A DNA stretch of 63,976 bases, filler included, from Aduncisulcus paluster (GCA_024181965.1; 12 parts of 12 records of this genome joined end to end with filler, not necessarily neighbours in it); one strand, 5' to 3'; numbered from the whole stretch's first letter, positions 34,730-47,772 are shown. A program made the numbers and translations. Notes: a model not told the origin generated them from the letters alone.

Positions 34730-37700
34730 TCATTCGATAATAAATATTGATGCAAAACAGACAATAACAGCCAAAATTGTATTTAATATTCCCCATACTC
34801 CCCAACACTTGCCACATTTCTTTCCACTATGATTATATCCATCAATCAGTTGTTTATAATCCATTGAAGGCCACAAAGAAATTGAGGTCACACCAATTAA
34901 AATTGTAATTCCAGAGATGAATAAACAAACCTTTCGAGCTCTTTCTTGTCGCCACCACTGTGATAAATGTGGAGAAGATGAAATATCGTCACCAAAAGGT
35001 GAGTAAAGAGCGGAAGAGAATGAATAATTGCGAATATCCTCAGAATCAAACGAAATTGCATCACTCGATCGATATGATGTGTTGCTATCAAAATTCATTT
35101 TCTGATCCATTTTTATGTTATAATTTAACTCTGCAATCACAACTCTTACGATTGCAGCAGGCTTCGATATCACAAATTCAATTCCTTCATTTTCAACCGT
35201 TGTTTGGGCATAATACTCATCTTCGATCCTCTTTTCTTCTCTCTGCCACCATTGTTTCTCGCGTTCACCTCGGACGACAATCATCGCAACATAGACAGAC
35301 GATGGATCCTTTGGAAGGGCACACACACTTCCAAGTTCACAGTCAGAATCGGTGATACATACAAGAGATCCAAGAGAGAGGGGGGAGATCGGGCAAGTGG
35401 CCAAAGGAGGCAAAAGATATGGATTTGAATAGAATATACTATCAGAAGTGCTCTGGGCATTCGGAATAATGTATTCTCCTTTGCCATAAGAATTATCTGA
35501 TGTTAGTTGTGAGGGCTTCGATGGTGTGTTCACGGCATTTGTTTCGTACAATATTACTCTTTCCCTTAGGGGTGAAGAGAAAGAAGGAAGAAGAATATCA
35601 CGAAATTCATTATTCATCGCTTCTTCATCCATGACATTTCCACCTCGAACACACACTCCTCTTTTCATTTCTCTCGATATTCTGGCCCCATTTGGGGATT
35701 TTAGACTCACTTTCCACTCGGGTTCTCCATCCCCTGCGAGGCTTCGAGTGTAATAAATCCCATCATTGATAACAATTTCTTCACGAATATCTGTGTTTTC
35801 AGAAACATAGGAAGTGGAGAATCTTTGGTGAGGTGACAGAAAAGAGTCAATATTTATAGATGTAGAAGGTATGAGAAGGGGAAATTCATCCCTTTCGCTT
35901 GCAAGAGGATTGATGACTGAAAGGATCATATCATGGGGCAAAAGACACGGTGTAGAGGGGAAAACAACATCAATATCATCAATCAAACCATTAGAGGCTA
36001 AAACGCTTGCTCTTCTTGAAGAATCATTCATATTTGGAAGCATATTATCAAAATTCGAATTATCATTGATAGATTCTCCCATTGCCCATAGTCTGCCAGC
36101 ATCCCCCACTCTCTTTTCCTCGAAATTATCTTCAAAATCATCAAAATCATCAAAATTTAGAGTGGATGTGAAGACATATCCTTGTTCTTCAAATTCTTTT
36201 CCATCAAATTGTGAGGAGTCCGTCTCAATAAAATCACCATCGGTAGAATCATTATCATCCAAATCGTTTCCCTCCTTCTCAGATGTTGATTTCCTTCTTT
36301 GTTCCTCCCTTTGCTCTTGAGAAAGTCTTTTTTCCCAAACTCTCCACTCTCCACTACACATATCTCGATACGTGCCATCATACATAAGGGATGAGACATG
36401 TGGAACCAAGGTATTATCTGAGCCAATGATGTCAACAAGAGGAAGAGAGGATACAGAGGTGACAAGACAAGTGTTATCAAGCGTTTGGTGATGAATATTT
36501 GAAGGGATAGCCGGATGGTGAGAAGAAAAAGCAAATATAGAAAGGAACAAAAGTGCAATTCCCAACATCAAACTGAAGAATGCACCACCTGAAGCAACGG
36601 TAGCACGATTGAGTGGAGAAGAAGTATGGAGCCGAACGTAATGGACTTGTGGAGAGGGTTGAGGTTGTGTCATATCAGTGGGTTCCAATTGTGGTTGTGA
36701 TGGTTGGGATTGTTGGAATATCGTTGCATCAAAGTGGCCGTGTTCACCAAGAGGTGAGGGTATGCTTGAATTAGTCTTTTGTTCGTTCTGAGAAGGAAGT
36801 GATGAGGAATCTCCACGGTCGAATGATTCACTGGATTGAGTTCCACCAGAGTCACTCTGAACATTACTTTGTGTCGGGATGCTTGGGCGAGATGAGTCTG
36901 ACGTTAATTTATCTGGGATTGTGGATGACAATGTGGAGGGGTTTTGGGGTTGAGAATTAGATAATTGAGTATTTGTGAAGTGCTGTTCACATAAAAATAA
37001 ATCGGTTAGTTCCACAGCGAATGAGGGCAAAAGAAGGGATATTCCATTTTCTCTTCTTTTTGCTTTTTTTTTTCCNNNNNNNNNNNNNNNNNNNNGCATC
37101 AAAGTGGCCGTGTTCACCACGAGGTGAGGGTATGCTTGAATTAGTCTTTTGTTCGTTCTGAGAAGGAAGTGATGAGGAATCTCCACGGTCGAATGATTCA
37201 CTGGATTGAGTTCCACCAGAGTCACTCTGAACATTACTTTGTGTCGGGATGCTTGGGCGAGATGAGTCTGACGTTAATTTATCTGGGATTGTGGATGACA
37301 ATGTGGAGGGGTTTTGGGGTTGAGAATTAGATAATTGAGTATTTGTGAAGTGCTGTTCACATAAAAATAAATCGGTTAGTTCCACAGCGAATGAGGGCAA
37401 AAGAAGGGATATTCCAATATTAATGCTACATAAATACATCCCCTGGGTCAAACCAACAATCACATGGCCAAGTTCATGGATAAAGACACTTATCAGGACA
37501 GATCCAATGATTAAACCAAACATGGCAAAGGAGGAAGGCTCTTCATCAAGGAAAGAAAGCTGTAAAGTATTTTTCGCTGAAGAAGAAAAAGATTGGATCA
37601 TACTCACTTCTGAGGTTTCAGTGACCACCATTCGAATTAATTGAAGAAGAAAAGTGAGTAAAAGGAAGGTCAGTAATGGGAATGAAATAAATACTATTGA

Positions 37701-38060
37701 CATAAAAAATACTTTGGAAAATGAATACTTCTTTTTGTTGTCGATATCTTCTCTTGAAAAACTCTTTTTTAATGGTTTAATAGATTTTTGAATGGGAATA
37801 TTCCATAAAAAGGATGTTGGGGTCAAAATAAAATGTCTCTTTCGTAGCCATCGATCTAGCTTCGGACCATAATTTCTCTTGGCATATAATTCAATTTATT
37901 GAGAATAAATTCACAAAAAATATAAGATAACTGTCGAAAAGTTAGAAACATCATCAATTAAAGCAAAATAACATACACTGGAATATTTTAAAGATTGAAA
38001 GACAATATACCATAATAAGGATATAAAAGCCCATATTGTTACCCAAAATAACAATTTCAT
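34730..38060 (-). CDS. Site-2 protease (peptidase M50, MBTPS2-like), spliced at the 5' end; internal false duplication at the 37076-37095 gap
   Basis: VFIHELGH zinc motif, LLLPSFAVEL, RATVASGG, large Cys-containing luminal insert, C-terminal LWPSMDY (in place of LDG); exon 1 38060-37977 followed by a GTATGT donor. Confidence 0.8.
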
Positions 38061-38245
38061 CCCGAGAACAACTTTATGTTGCCGACAAAATCTCCTTCTA
38101 TTCCAAAAAGGAAAAAAATGAATTAGAGATATATATTCACAACTCAAAGCAGAAAGAATTGAACTTTTTCTGCCAATTCAAAACCTTCCTATGAGTGTTT
38201 CATCAATATGACAGGATATGAAAATATTTGATGTTTTTCTTCTGA

Positions 38246-38824
38246 ATGTCTGCTGCTAAAATTGTTATTATTGGTTCAACTGGGGTTGGAAAGAGTTGTA
38301 TTATTTCTAGACTCGTAAATGGAACATTTCCTAAGTCAGTAACATCCACTATCGGAACTCCGTACTTTACAAGACGGGTTAAGTCAAAATCTGGAGTGCT
38401 GGATGTAGAAATCTGGGATACTTCGGGACAAGAACGGTTTCATTCGCTTATTCCATTGTTTTTTAGAGGAGCTGATGCAGTAATTGTTGTTTACTCCGTC
38501 ACTGATTGGGATACTTTCTATGTTGCCAAAGATTGGATTGAAAGTGTTCCAGATGAGGCCCAAAATGATAATATTGTTATATATTTATTTGGAAATAAGA
38601 CTGATGATAAAAGAGAAATATCTGAGGCGGATGGAGTCGCATGTGCCAAAGAATACGGTTGCATGTTTGCTGAAGGTTCTGCTATGAAAGGAGAGGGACT
38701 CGATTCGATTTTACCGGATTTAGCACATGAAATCTCCATTATAAAAAGGAAAACACCCACTAAGAAGGATGATAAACTCGATTTATCGAAGAAGGAAAGA
38801 AAGAGAGGATGTTGTCAGAAGTAG
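38246..38824 (+). CDS. Rab-family small GTPase
   Basis: GSTGVGKS, STIG, IWDTSGQERF, GNKTD, EGSAM, C-terminal CCQK prenylation site. Confidence 0.93.
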   Translation: MSAAKIVIIGSTGVGKSCIISRLVNGTFPKSVTSTIGTPYFTRRVKSKSGVLDVEIWDTSGQERFHSLIPLFFRGADAVIVVYSVTDWDTFYVAKDWIESVPDEAQNDNIVIYLFGNKTDDKREISEADGVACAKEYGCMFAEGSAMKGEGLDSILPDLAHEISIIKRKTPTKKDDKLDLSKKERKRGCCQK

Positions 38825-39120
38825 TTCCGACAACTGTACTTAAATAGGCCTTCATTTTCGTTTCATTTTTTTTTTTTTTTTTTTTTGCTGGTATTATCAT
38901 TGATATAGATAGACGTCATTATGTTTTTTTGTTTGGATCTTTTTCTTAATTTCTATTATTAATATTCATTTACACATATATAATCGTTGGTCCAAAAGAT
39001 TCAGAGATGCGTCTCAATTTGAGATTCTCAAATTCAGTTAATTTGGACAATAAAATAACGTTCCTTTATTTTGTCCTCTTTGAATAACTTAATAGCTAGA
39101 GACTCAAGGAAATTGTGTCA

Positions 39121-41243
39121 ATGGACCAAAGACAATTTAAAATGGATATTTTTAAGCATTTTCTCTCTGGTATTAGGAGCGTTTTTTTCCCTTTTTTACA
39201 TTCGTACCACAAATGCAATGAAATTGATTCAATACGTGGATTTCTTATGATATTAGTTGTTATATGTCATTTTAAGTGTTGGAATATGTTTGATTCTCGA
39301 CCAGTGTTCCCTAAATATCAAATCCAACTTCAATCAGTGTTTAATATGTCGAATTTTCCAATAATTGGAACATATTCTGCATTTTTCCATTTTACAGTTG
39401 ATATTTTTTTCTTTATATCGGGATTATTCGGAGCTGCGTCTTACTGGCGTGTATCTATTCCGTTGAAATCAAATGTTAAGCAAGGGAAAAAACAAATCAA
39501 TTTTCCACTTATTATGAAAATGTCTTTATTTAGAGCGATTCGCCTATGGCCAGGTGTATTTCTTTGTGTCATTGATTATTTTGTCGCAGATTATTTTTTT
39601 GATTCCGTTAATCCGAATATATCATTTAAAACAGCACCTATCATGCTTTCGTTTCTTTCTTGTTTTGTCAATTGGAGGTTTTTAATCGTGCCACAATTGT
39701 GGACATGTGCGGCCGAGGTCTGTTTTGTTCCAATCGCTTGCCTTTTTGTGATCATCCTGAAGTCTCTGCAAAAGATTCATGGCCATCTAAAAGGCATTCA
39801 TTATCTCATTATATTGGTAATTTTGCTTATCTCTGAACATCTTATCCAGATAATTATTTATTATCTCCTTGGAATAATGACATTCACCAAAGATACACTT
39901 TATGAAGTTTTTCGGGATTTTACAACGCAATATTCCTGGCCGATAAACCGGGTATTTATTCATTTATGTGGGATTCTTTGTGGAATATATGTGTATGAGA
40001 AGAAAACCCGTCAATCCACTCTAAATGTGTCTAAAAATAGAAGCTTTCGAAGTAATAATAACATTTTTGTTCGGATTCTTGTTGACATTGTTGTCTTTTG
40101 TTCATTTACAATTTGGTATTTGTTTAATCGGACAAATGGAAGACATTTGGATTCGTCATATTCCTTGAATGAAAGGCTTTTCTATGCTCTGACTTCTCGA
40201 ATGACCGGTTGTGTTTTCTTTTGTATCCCGATTTTTGTGTATTTTTGTGGATATCGGGGGTTTATTTCTTCCTTTATTCTTTCTTTCCCCCCTTTTCCAT
40301 TTATTGGCCTATTAGCTTTCTCTTGTTATACAATACACATGGGGGTTCTACGAGAATTAACTCATAGGCCTCAACTAAGAAATATTATGATTTCTTTCAC
40401 TTTATANNNNNNNNNNNNNNNNNNNNTAAAAATAGAAGCTTTCGAAGTAATAATAACATTTTTGTTCGGATTCTTGTTGACATTGTTGTCTTTTGTTCAT
40501 TTACAATTTGGTATTTGTTTAATTGGACAAATGGAAGACATTTGGATTCGTCATATTCCTTGAATGAAAGGCTTTTCTATGCTCTGACTTCTCGAATGAC
40601 CGGTTGTGTTTTCTTTTGTATCCCGATTTTTGTGTATTTTTGTGGATATCGGGGGTTTATTTCTTCCTTTATTCTTTCTTTCCCCCCTTTTCCATTTATT
40701 GGCCGATTAGCTTTCTCTTGTTATACAATACACATGGGGGTTCTACGAGAATTAACTCATAGGCCTCAACTAAGAAATATTATGATTTCTTTCACTTTAT
40801 ATGTTTTGGAATGGTTTCATGGTGTTTTTACCAAATTCTTTGGATTCTTTTTGAATTTGAGTGTGTTAAAATCAACAAAAATTGTCGATTTAATTGCAAG
40901 AGTCAAGTCTTATTTTGTTCAGAAGTTTATTTCAATTATGGCACAATTGACATGCTCTCTCGAAGATATCAAGGTTACACTTGTGATTTGTTTGACTGTT
41001 TGTTTGTCTGTAATCATCTCTGGAATATGTCTATTTTTAGTTTTTGAGAATATTCTAAATTGTTTTGTTCTTTCATTGAAACATTTTCTTTCTGGTTTAA
41101 TGGATCAAGCCCAAAATAGTCAGAATCATAAGTCAAAAAGGTATTTGAAGGGAGTTCTTCTCTTTTTGCTTGGTGGTCATATTGTCTTGTGTATTTTTTT
41201 GGGAATATATTCCCAGATTCGAGATAAAAAGAATGAACTTTAG
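39121..41243 (+). CDS. Acyltransferase-3 family (OafA/NRF-6-like) multipass O-acyltransferase; one gene split by the gap at 40407-40426
   Basis: IDSIRGFLMILVVICH, VDIFFFISG, RAIRLWP, LWT.A.E, FIG.LAFSCYTIH; about 40032-40406 repeated after the gap. Confidence 0.85.
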
Positions 41244-41989
41244 CGGTTTTACATCTATAACCATTAAGAATCTTATATTTTGACTGCTCGTCTGAAAGAT
41301 GTTCTTCTTGAATATTTTACTCAAATTTATTAATTTTGCCTGATTTTTAACTCAAGTTTTAAAGAATTATATAAATTGTAATTCATTTCTACATTACACT
41401 CCGCCTCTACAATGTGAAAACTTTTCACTGAAAAGCCTTAATAAGCCTTATTGAATAACTAAATGTCAACATTTCTTTGTGCATTCAATGCCCTGCATTG
41501 TATAGCTGTACAATGTTATCAAATAATTACTAATAATTTTACCATCAATAACTCAAAAATTCAGGGTTTAATAAAGAAATGAGAATGACAATGCAATTCT
41601 CAGAAGTTACAAGTTCAAGAAGAGAATTTATTGAAAATTTTCGAAATGTGCATATTTTTCAAAGATAAAATTCGAAAATTTTCACAAATTTCAAGGAATT
41701 TTCAAGAAATTCATTTCAAATTAATTTGACAAACCAGTATATAATACAAGCGGAAAAGAAGATAAAAATGTAGATAGAATCACAATGAAAATATCTTTTT
41801 TTTTTGATTTTAGGTTTCTATTTATCATATTTCAGAAGACTAATGATGGATCAAGAGTTAAAATTGGCTGCAATATTAACCATGATATTGTGAATTATCA
41901 ACAGGCAAGAAAAGCTCAAGAAACACACAACTTTCTTATATGATTAAGGAAGCAAAATAAATGTTTAATTCCCACTCTTTTGATTACAA

Positions 41990-44900
41990 TCAAATCACAC
42001 CATGTTCTTCCATTTTCTTCATCATAAATTCTTGTCTTTCTTCGCTCGTTTTCAGTGAAATTGCAGTATGAAAGATACGATCCGCTTCCACCTCGGACAA
42101 ATGTGGGAACAATTGGAAAATATCATTTCTTAACAGTTGAAGTAATTCCTCTTCATCATCATCCTTGTTATCTTTTCCAAAGGCAGGACTTGGGGTGTCA
42201 CGAATAGGACTTGGGGTATCACGGTCTTTGTCTCGGCCACCATGACGGAGTTGCTTTCTAGAATCATCGGATTTGGATGGAACAGATGTTATTTTATGGG
42301 GTTTAGAAAATGGCTTACTTACAGTTGTTTTATGAGAATTAACTTTGTGGACTGAGGCTTTCTTGGTGACATCGGTCAATTTCACGCTTGCAACTCGCAC
42401 CTTTGGTGACATACTACTTCTGTCCGAGTGGGAGGAATCTCTGAATCGAGATGGGTGTAGAGGAGTCTTTACGGGATGTGAAGTGACAGAAAATGGTTGG
42501 GGTGTCTTCATACTCATTGTATTGGAGCTGCTAGGCGATGAGTGTAAGCTTCCAGAACTGCTACTGTGACTCACACCAAGGGAAGACGAGGACTTGGAGA
42601 GTTTAATCTGTTTTGTCCGCAACTCTATCCTCTCACGCCTGGCATGTTTCTCCCTCTCCCTCTTCTCCTTTTCTTTCCTCTCGCGTTCCTGTTTTTCCTT
42701 TTCTCTCTTTTCACGTTCAGCTTGAGCTCTTTTCTCTCTCTCCCTCTCTCTTTTCTCTCTGTCTTTCTGCATACGTTGAGATTTCTGCCAAGAAGTCTCC
42801 TTAATCTTTGGGGAACCTAATTTGCTCGGAGAGGGCGGGGTAGAGGTATCGGAACTATCAATTTTCTGCACCTTATTTGCTTGTGGAGGGAGCCCAGCTA
42901 GATCAGGACGATGGGATATGATTGGGGTCACACTATCACTGGTTGGTGAATTTTGTCCAACTTTATCCAGTGTCTGGCTATTATTTGGGGTTCTTGAGTC
43001 TGACCATGGGGTGACGGAAGCTCCATCAGAAGGAATACCGAGGCCTGATGATACAGTACTAGAAACAGGCGTACTAGACAACTGGGCCTTAGGTTTGGTT
43101 ATTGTAGAGGAGGATTGGGGTGGAAGAGAAGAAAGTGCCGGTCGTGATTGGACCGGTTGAGAAGACAGAGAATGTGAACTACTCGATGGGTGAGTGGCTC
43201 TTGTTGGATGGGTGGAAAACTCTGCAATAACTTCGGGCTGCTTGCTTGGAACATCACGTTTTCTCTCAAAAAGCATTTTGTGTTCTTTTTCTCTGCTTCT
43301 CTCTTCTTCTTCAGCAATCCTTCTTCTCTCTTCCTCTTCCTTTTGTAGTCTTCTTTCTTCCCTTCTTCTCTCCTCTCTCCTCTTTTCTTCCGCATCATTC
43401 TTTTCAGCATAAGGACTGAACGCTGGTTCGATACCGGTGCTAAGACCAGACCCAGCAAGCACGCGAGCACTTGGAGATGGCGGAGATCGAAGAGCGTCGG
43501 GGCGAGATCTCCAAGCATCATCGGCTATCATTGAGCTGGATATAATAGCCTGGCGTATAGCAGGACCTGTGTGGAGGGGACCACTGGAGTCAAATTGTGA
43601 AGTTTGAGCTTGTCCAGATGTATTTGAAGGTCTGGCATGCCGGGGAATTGGAGTGGCCGTCGAAGCACAAGAAGAACCTGGCCCAGACGAGGAAACTGCC
43701 CTTGGCTGCGCAGGTTTAGGGATAGTGGAACTAAGACTGCTCTGAGAAGAGCTAATGGAAGAGGAGCTCGGAGGAAGAGATTTTTGATGAGAGGTTGTTC
43801 CAACAACGGTTATTGATGAGGGAGTGAATCTAGAAGTGTCACTGCGCGGGGACAGCCGAGGTGGGGAAAGTTCATGAATTGGTGGTTCCATTGCAATTGG
43901 CTGAGCTAGTTTATCGGACAGACCAAGTGAAATACGACTGGAGGATTCGAGTTCATCTCTCCGCATCGCTCCATCTTTACCAACCGCAGAGAGAGAAGCA
44001 ACTACGTTTGAAGCCTTTCTTGGAAGTGCACTTTCGGATTCATGCCCCTGAGGAGTGGCAAATGTAGAAAAAATACCATTATCATCTTCTTCCGGGCCGA
44101 CAATCTCCGAATCTCCATGTCTCTCTTGTTTTCTCAACATTCTACTCCTCTGTTTTCTCACCTTCTGGGTCAAAGGACTCTCGATAATGCCCAAATCATC
44201 TCTTTTTGGCTGAAAGGATGACTCAGAACGATCACTATCCTTCTTGGATCGTTCGATTGTTGAAAACATGGCCTCTTTCTCTTTCTTTTCTCGCTCAAAT
44301 TCAAGAAGTTGTTCCTTTTTCTCTCTTTCTCGTCTTTCGACTTCTTTTCTTTCCTGTTCCTTCCTTTCTCTTTCTTCTCTTTCTCTCCTTTCTCTTTCTT
44401 CTCTCTCTCTTCTCTCCTTTTCAAGTCTTGCCCGTTCTCTTTTTTCCCTTTCTTTCCTCTCTCTTTCTCTTTTTTCCTGAATTTCTTGCTCAATTCGTTC
44501 TCTCTCTTCTTCCTCTTCTTTTTTTTTCATCTCAATTTTCTTCTTCTCGAATTCGATTCTTTGCCGTTCAATTTCAATTCTTTTCTTTCTTTCTTTGTCA
44601 ATTTGCTGGGTTTTCCTTCCTTTTCGCCTTCTAACGAGATCGTCTTCTGGGGGTTTCTTTGGTTCTTCAAGTGCCCGATAAGAGGAAGAAGGAAAGAGAG
44701 AGAGATTAGAAAATGGCCTGGACTCCACTGGGGTCGGAAGAGATGATGCCGATAATGACTTGGGGATATGCGCACCGGATGGGGACGAAGGAGTTGTGGA
44801 TTGGACTGAATGGGAGGAAACGGAAGAAGAAGAGAAGGTAGAAGGTGCAATAAATGATGAAGAAGGTGCAGAAATAACACGAGGTGGGTGGGAAGTAACT

Positions 44901-45295
44901 TGTTCCACAGGTGGTGTATCAGACACAGAAGTGGAGCCAAGGTGAGTGCTATCATACAAAGAAACTTCTTTTTTAACAAAACTTGGGTGCAATAGAGGGC
45001 GAGAATGGCTAATAGAATAATTGCTTGAACATGGACCCTTCATGTGAGATACCCCAGTGGTAGGACTTGAATAAAACGGCCGATATTTTTCAGCTACAAC
45101 TGATGCAGATGCAGCAACCCTAGAAGCATGAAATTTTGACGATAAAGTCTCTATTGCAGTCCCTGAAGGGGATAATTCATTCTCTAGAAAATCAAAGGAG
45201 CTGGGTGGTCGAGGAGGATCTTCTTTTTTAATTTTTATATAGGAAGATCCACTATTACTACTGGGACTCAGCAATTTCCTATAATATCGGTACAT
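41990..45295 (-). CDS. Hypothetical low-complexity protein (S/P-rich with three charged helical blocks), 1101 aa
   Basis: Long uninterrupted ORF from ATG; no recognisable catalytic motif. Confidence 0.75.
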   Translation of the reverse strand: MYRYYRKLLSPSSNSGSSYIKIKKEDPPRPPSSFDFLENELSPSGTAIETLSSKFHASRVAASASVVAEKYRPFYSSPTTGVSHMKGPCSSNYSISHSRPLLHPSFVKKEVSLYDSTHLGSTSVSDTPPVEQVTSHPPRVISAPSSSFIAPSTFSSSSVSSHSVQSTTPSSPSGAHIPKSLSASSLPTPVESRPFSNLSLFPSSSYRALEEPKKPPEDDLVRRRKGRKTQQIDKERKKRIEIERQRIEFEKKKIEMKKKEEEEERERIEQEIQEKRERERKEREKRERARLEKERREREERERREREERERKEQERKEVERREREKKEQLLEFEREKKEKEAMFSTIERSKKDSDRSESSFQPKRDDLGIIESPLTQKVRKQRSRMLRKQERHGDSEIVGPEEDDNGIFSTFATPQGHESESALPRKASNVVASLSAVGKDGAMRRDELESSSRISLGLSDKLAQPIAMEPPIHELSPPRLSPRSDTSRFTPSSITVVGTTSHQKSLPPSSSSISSSQSSLSSTIPKPAQPRAVSSSGPGSSCASTATPIPRHARPSNTSGQAQTSQFDSSGPLHTGPAIRQAIISSSMIADDAWRSRPDALRSPPSPSARVLAGSGLSTGIEPAFSPYAEKNDAEEKRREERRREERRLQKEEEERRRIAEEEERSREKEHKMLFERKRDVPSKQPEVIAEFSTHPTRATHPSSSSHSLSSQPVQSRPALSSLPPQSSSTITKPKAQLSSTPVSSTVSSGLGIPSDGASVTPWSDSRTPNNSQTLDKVGQNSPTSDSVTPIISHRPDLAGLPPQANKVQKIDSSDTSTPPSPSKLGSPKIKETSWQKSQRMQKDREKREREREKRAQAEREKREKEKQERERKEKEKREREKHARRERIELRTKQIKLSKSSSSLGVSHSSSSGSLHSSPSSSNTMSMKTPQPFSVTSHPVKTPLHPSRFRDSSHSDRSSMSPKVRVASVKLTDVTKKASVHKVNSHKTTVSKPFSKPHKITSVPSKSDDSRKQLRHGGRDKDRDTPSPIRDTPSPAFGKDNKDDDEEELLQLLRNDIFQLFPHLSEVEADRIFHTAISLKTSEERQEFMMKKMEEHGVI

Positions 45296-45691
45296 GTGGT
45301 CGAAAAAATGAAGATTTTTGAATGAACTTCGTAAACCCCTAAATTATTTAAATGCAAGCCTTAGAATAAGGATAAAATATCATTAAGCCATAAAAATTAG
45401 CCTTTAGTTATTCAATATCCAATAAATTTTGTCTCTCCCACTGGGAAGGGTGACCGTGAGTGACTCCTACACTTTATTATGACAAGATAAAATGAAAAAT
45501 GTCCCAAAATTTAAGTTTTAAAGGCAAATGTGTGATTTAGAATGTTTTTCCCTCCCATAAACATTTTGAACAAATTCAATTTGCGATGCGTCGCAAGCGA
45601 CAGCATGCAAAAAGAATGTTCAAATTGCACCATCGTGAAAACACGCGGTGAGTAAAAATAGTAAAAAATAGTACCCTTGACCGGGTCAAGA

Positions 45692-45985
45692 ACATGGCAC
45701 GAAGAGCCTCCCAATAGAACCTCCCGCCTGAAAAATGCGTTTTTTAGAAACGTCAGGTAGGGGAGAGATCTATTGGGAGTAACTCTCGAGGAGTTCAACT
45801 CCTGGAGTTGGAGGAACAATAATACTCTATAACCAGAATCGATCAAGAACTGTACAACTGTACGAGAATAAAAAAAATGGATACCATGGCAAGAAGAACC
45901 ATCAGAAGAAGCCTCCCGCCTGAAAAATGCGGTTTTTACCGGATCATAAATTCCGAAACGTCAGGTAGAGGAAACATCCACTAGG
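45692..45985. repeat. Degenerate direct duplication, period about 195 bp
   Basis: catggca.gaaga...cctcccgcctgaaaaatgcg...gaaacgtcaggtag at about 45692-45765 and 45885-45970. Confidence 0.8.
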
Positions 45986-46630
45986 ATCAAGGTCTCCATA
46001 ATCAGAATGGAAATCCATTTTGGAACAAGAGCAGGGGCTTTTTCTTAGTTTACCTGAAATAACTCCCACCGACCCTCCACAAAGAAGAAGAAGATCACAT
46101 GGAGGGCAAAAAAAGGAAAAAGATCTACAAAAATAGTTGACATACGAACTGTGAACTTTTAGACTCTATCATATCAAAATCATAAAACAGACTAGAATGA
46201 TTCCGGTTCTCACTGCAAATCCAAACGGTCCACATGAGCTTATTTCAAACATCAAATTGATTCCATAAACATTATTCAAATACTAATGGAAACTTTTCAT
46301 GCTTTGAAAGCTCAAAATTCTGTCACCAGAACTTCTCGCTTGAAGCGAATGAATAAGGGATGTAAAAATAAATAAAAAATACAGCGTATGTTATATTGTG
46401 TATAATTATTATACTTATTTTTTAAAAATTCCAGAAAACTCAGATGCTTTTTTCATTTTCATCTCCATGGCTCTATTAAGCAAGCAGATAAAAATAAAAA
46501 AATAATAAATGAATAAGGGTATCATAGGATATTAATTTTAACGTTTTTAGAATATTGAAAAAGTCGCAGTGCGACATAGTCGCAAAAAAAATTCATCCGA
46601 ACATTTTTCATTGACTTTGGCCAAAACCTG

Positions 46631-47724
46631 ATGCTAGGGAAGTCTCGCTCACATGGTGGATTAACAATATATCCAACTAAAGTTGAATTTGGAAGTGTAA
46701 AATATCAAAAGCATTATGCTTGTCGACTTTGGGTAACAATGCGAAAAGGAGCCCTCTTTTCAAAAATGTTTACCGTTACTGTTCCTCCAACTTCATTATT
46801 GAAACTTCAAGTTGAAAGTAGTGGGAATGTTTTTAAAGTATCTGTCCGTTTACATGTATTGTTTCATGGAGAATATAATGACGAGATTACATTGAAATCT
46901 GGGAGGCAATCGATCAAAATTCCTGTTACTGCTCACGAAGAACCAGAGATTATTCTTCCCCCTCCAGATAGGCGTCACCATTTCCCTCATATTACTTCAA
47001 AATCTTCTGCAACACTTCGTCCCAAGAGAACTATTGCTAAAACCCAGCCTACAAAACATAAATCTCAATCTACAATCTCATCTCAATCTATGACGGAACT
47101 TCTTTCCCTTTTATCATCAATGAATGCCGAAATTAAGGCTTTGAAATCTGAAGTCCAAGAATTACAGCTATCCAGAAATTCTCATGAAGAATTTGTTTTA
47201 AAATTGAAAGAACAGGAAGAAAAAATTCAGTATTATGAACAAGAATTAAAATTACAGCCTTCCCATCTCCCTCAAATATCATCTCAACCCGAAATGTCCG
47301 TTTCTAGACCAATTCAACCTCAACCGCCATCTCCTCAATCCAAATCCATTTCCCAAGAAGATTCTCACGATTCTTCCTGGGATCTAGATGACTTGCCTCC
47401 CGAAGAACCCGGGAAACAGTTTGATGGTATTGAAATGCCTCCAGATCTACTCGATCAAGAATTTTCAGACTGGTCTGATTCCGCCGAAGATGGAGAAGAA
47501 GTTGTTCAAGCCAATTATGTCGATGCTCGAGATAATGTCTTTTCTGACTCGGAGTATTTCAAAAATGAATCAAAGAAAGCATTAGAATCAACAAAAGAGG
47601 ATAAAATAACCTCAATATTTTATTTGCCAGATGATAAAATAACCCCCAAACTGATTGTGGAGGAATTTTTTGATCCTTCAAACATAAACTTGCTATCCGA
47701 ACTCACTTTTGGAGTATATCCAGA

Positions 47725-47728
<4 letters not shown>
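46631..47728 (+). CDS. Protein with an N-terminal Ig-like (ASH/MSP-like) domain, central coiled coil and acidic tail
   Basis: LTIYPTKVEFGSV...Y...L.V and YNDEITLKSG..SIKIPVTA fit an ASH-type beta sandwich; heptads MNAEIKALKSEVQEL. Confidence 0.65.

Positions 47729-47768
<40 letters not shown>
47729..47768. repeat. (TA)n microsatellite
   Basis: About 20 TA units immediately after the stop codon. Confidence 0.95.
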
Positions 47769-47772
<4 letters not shown>

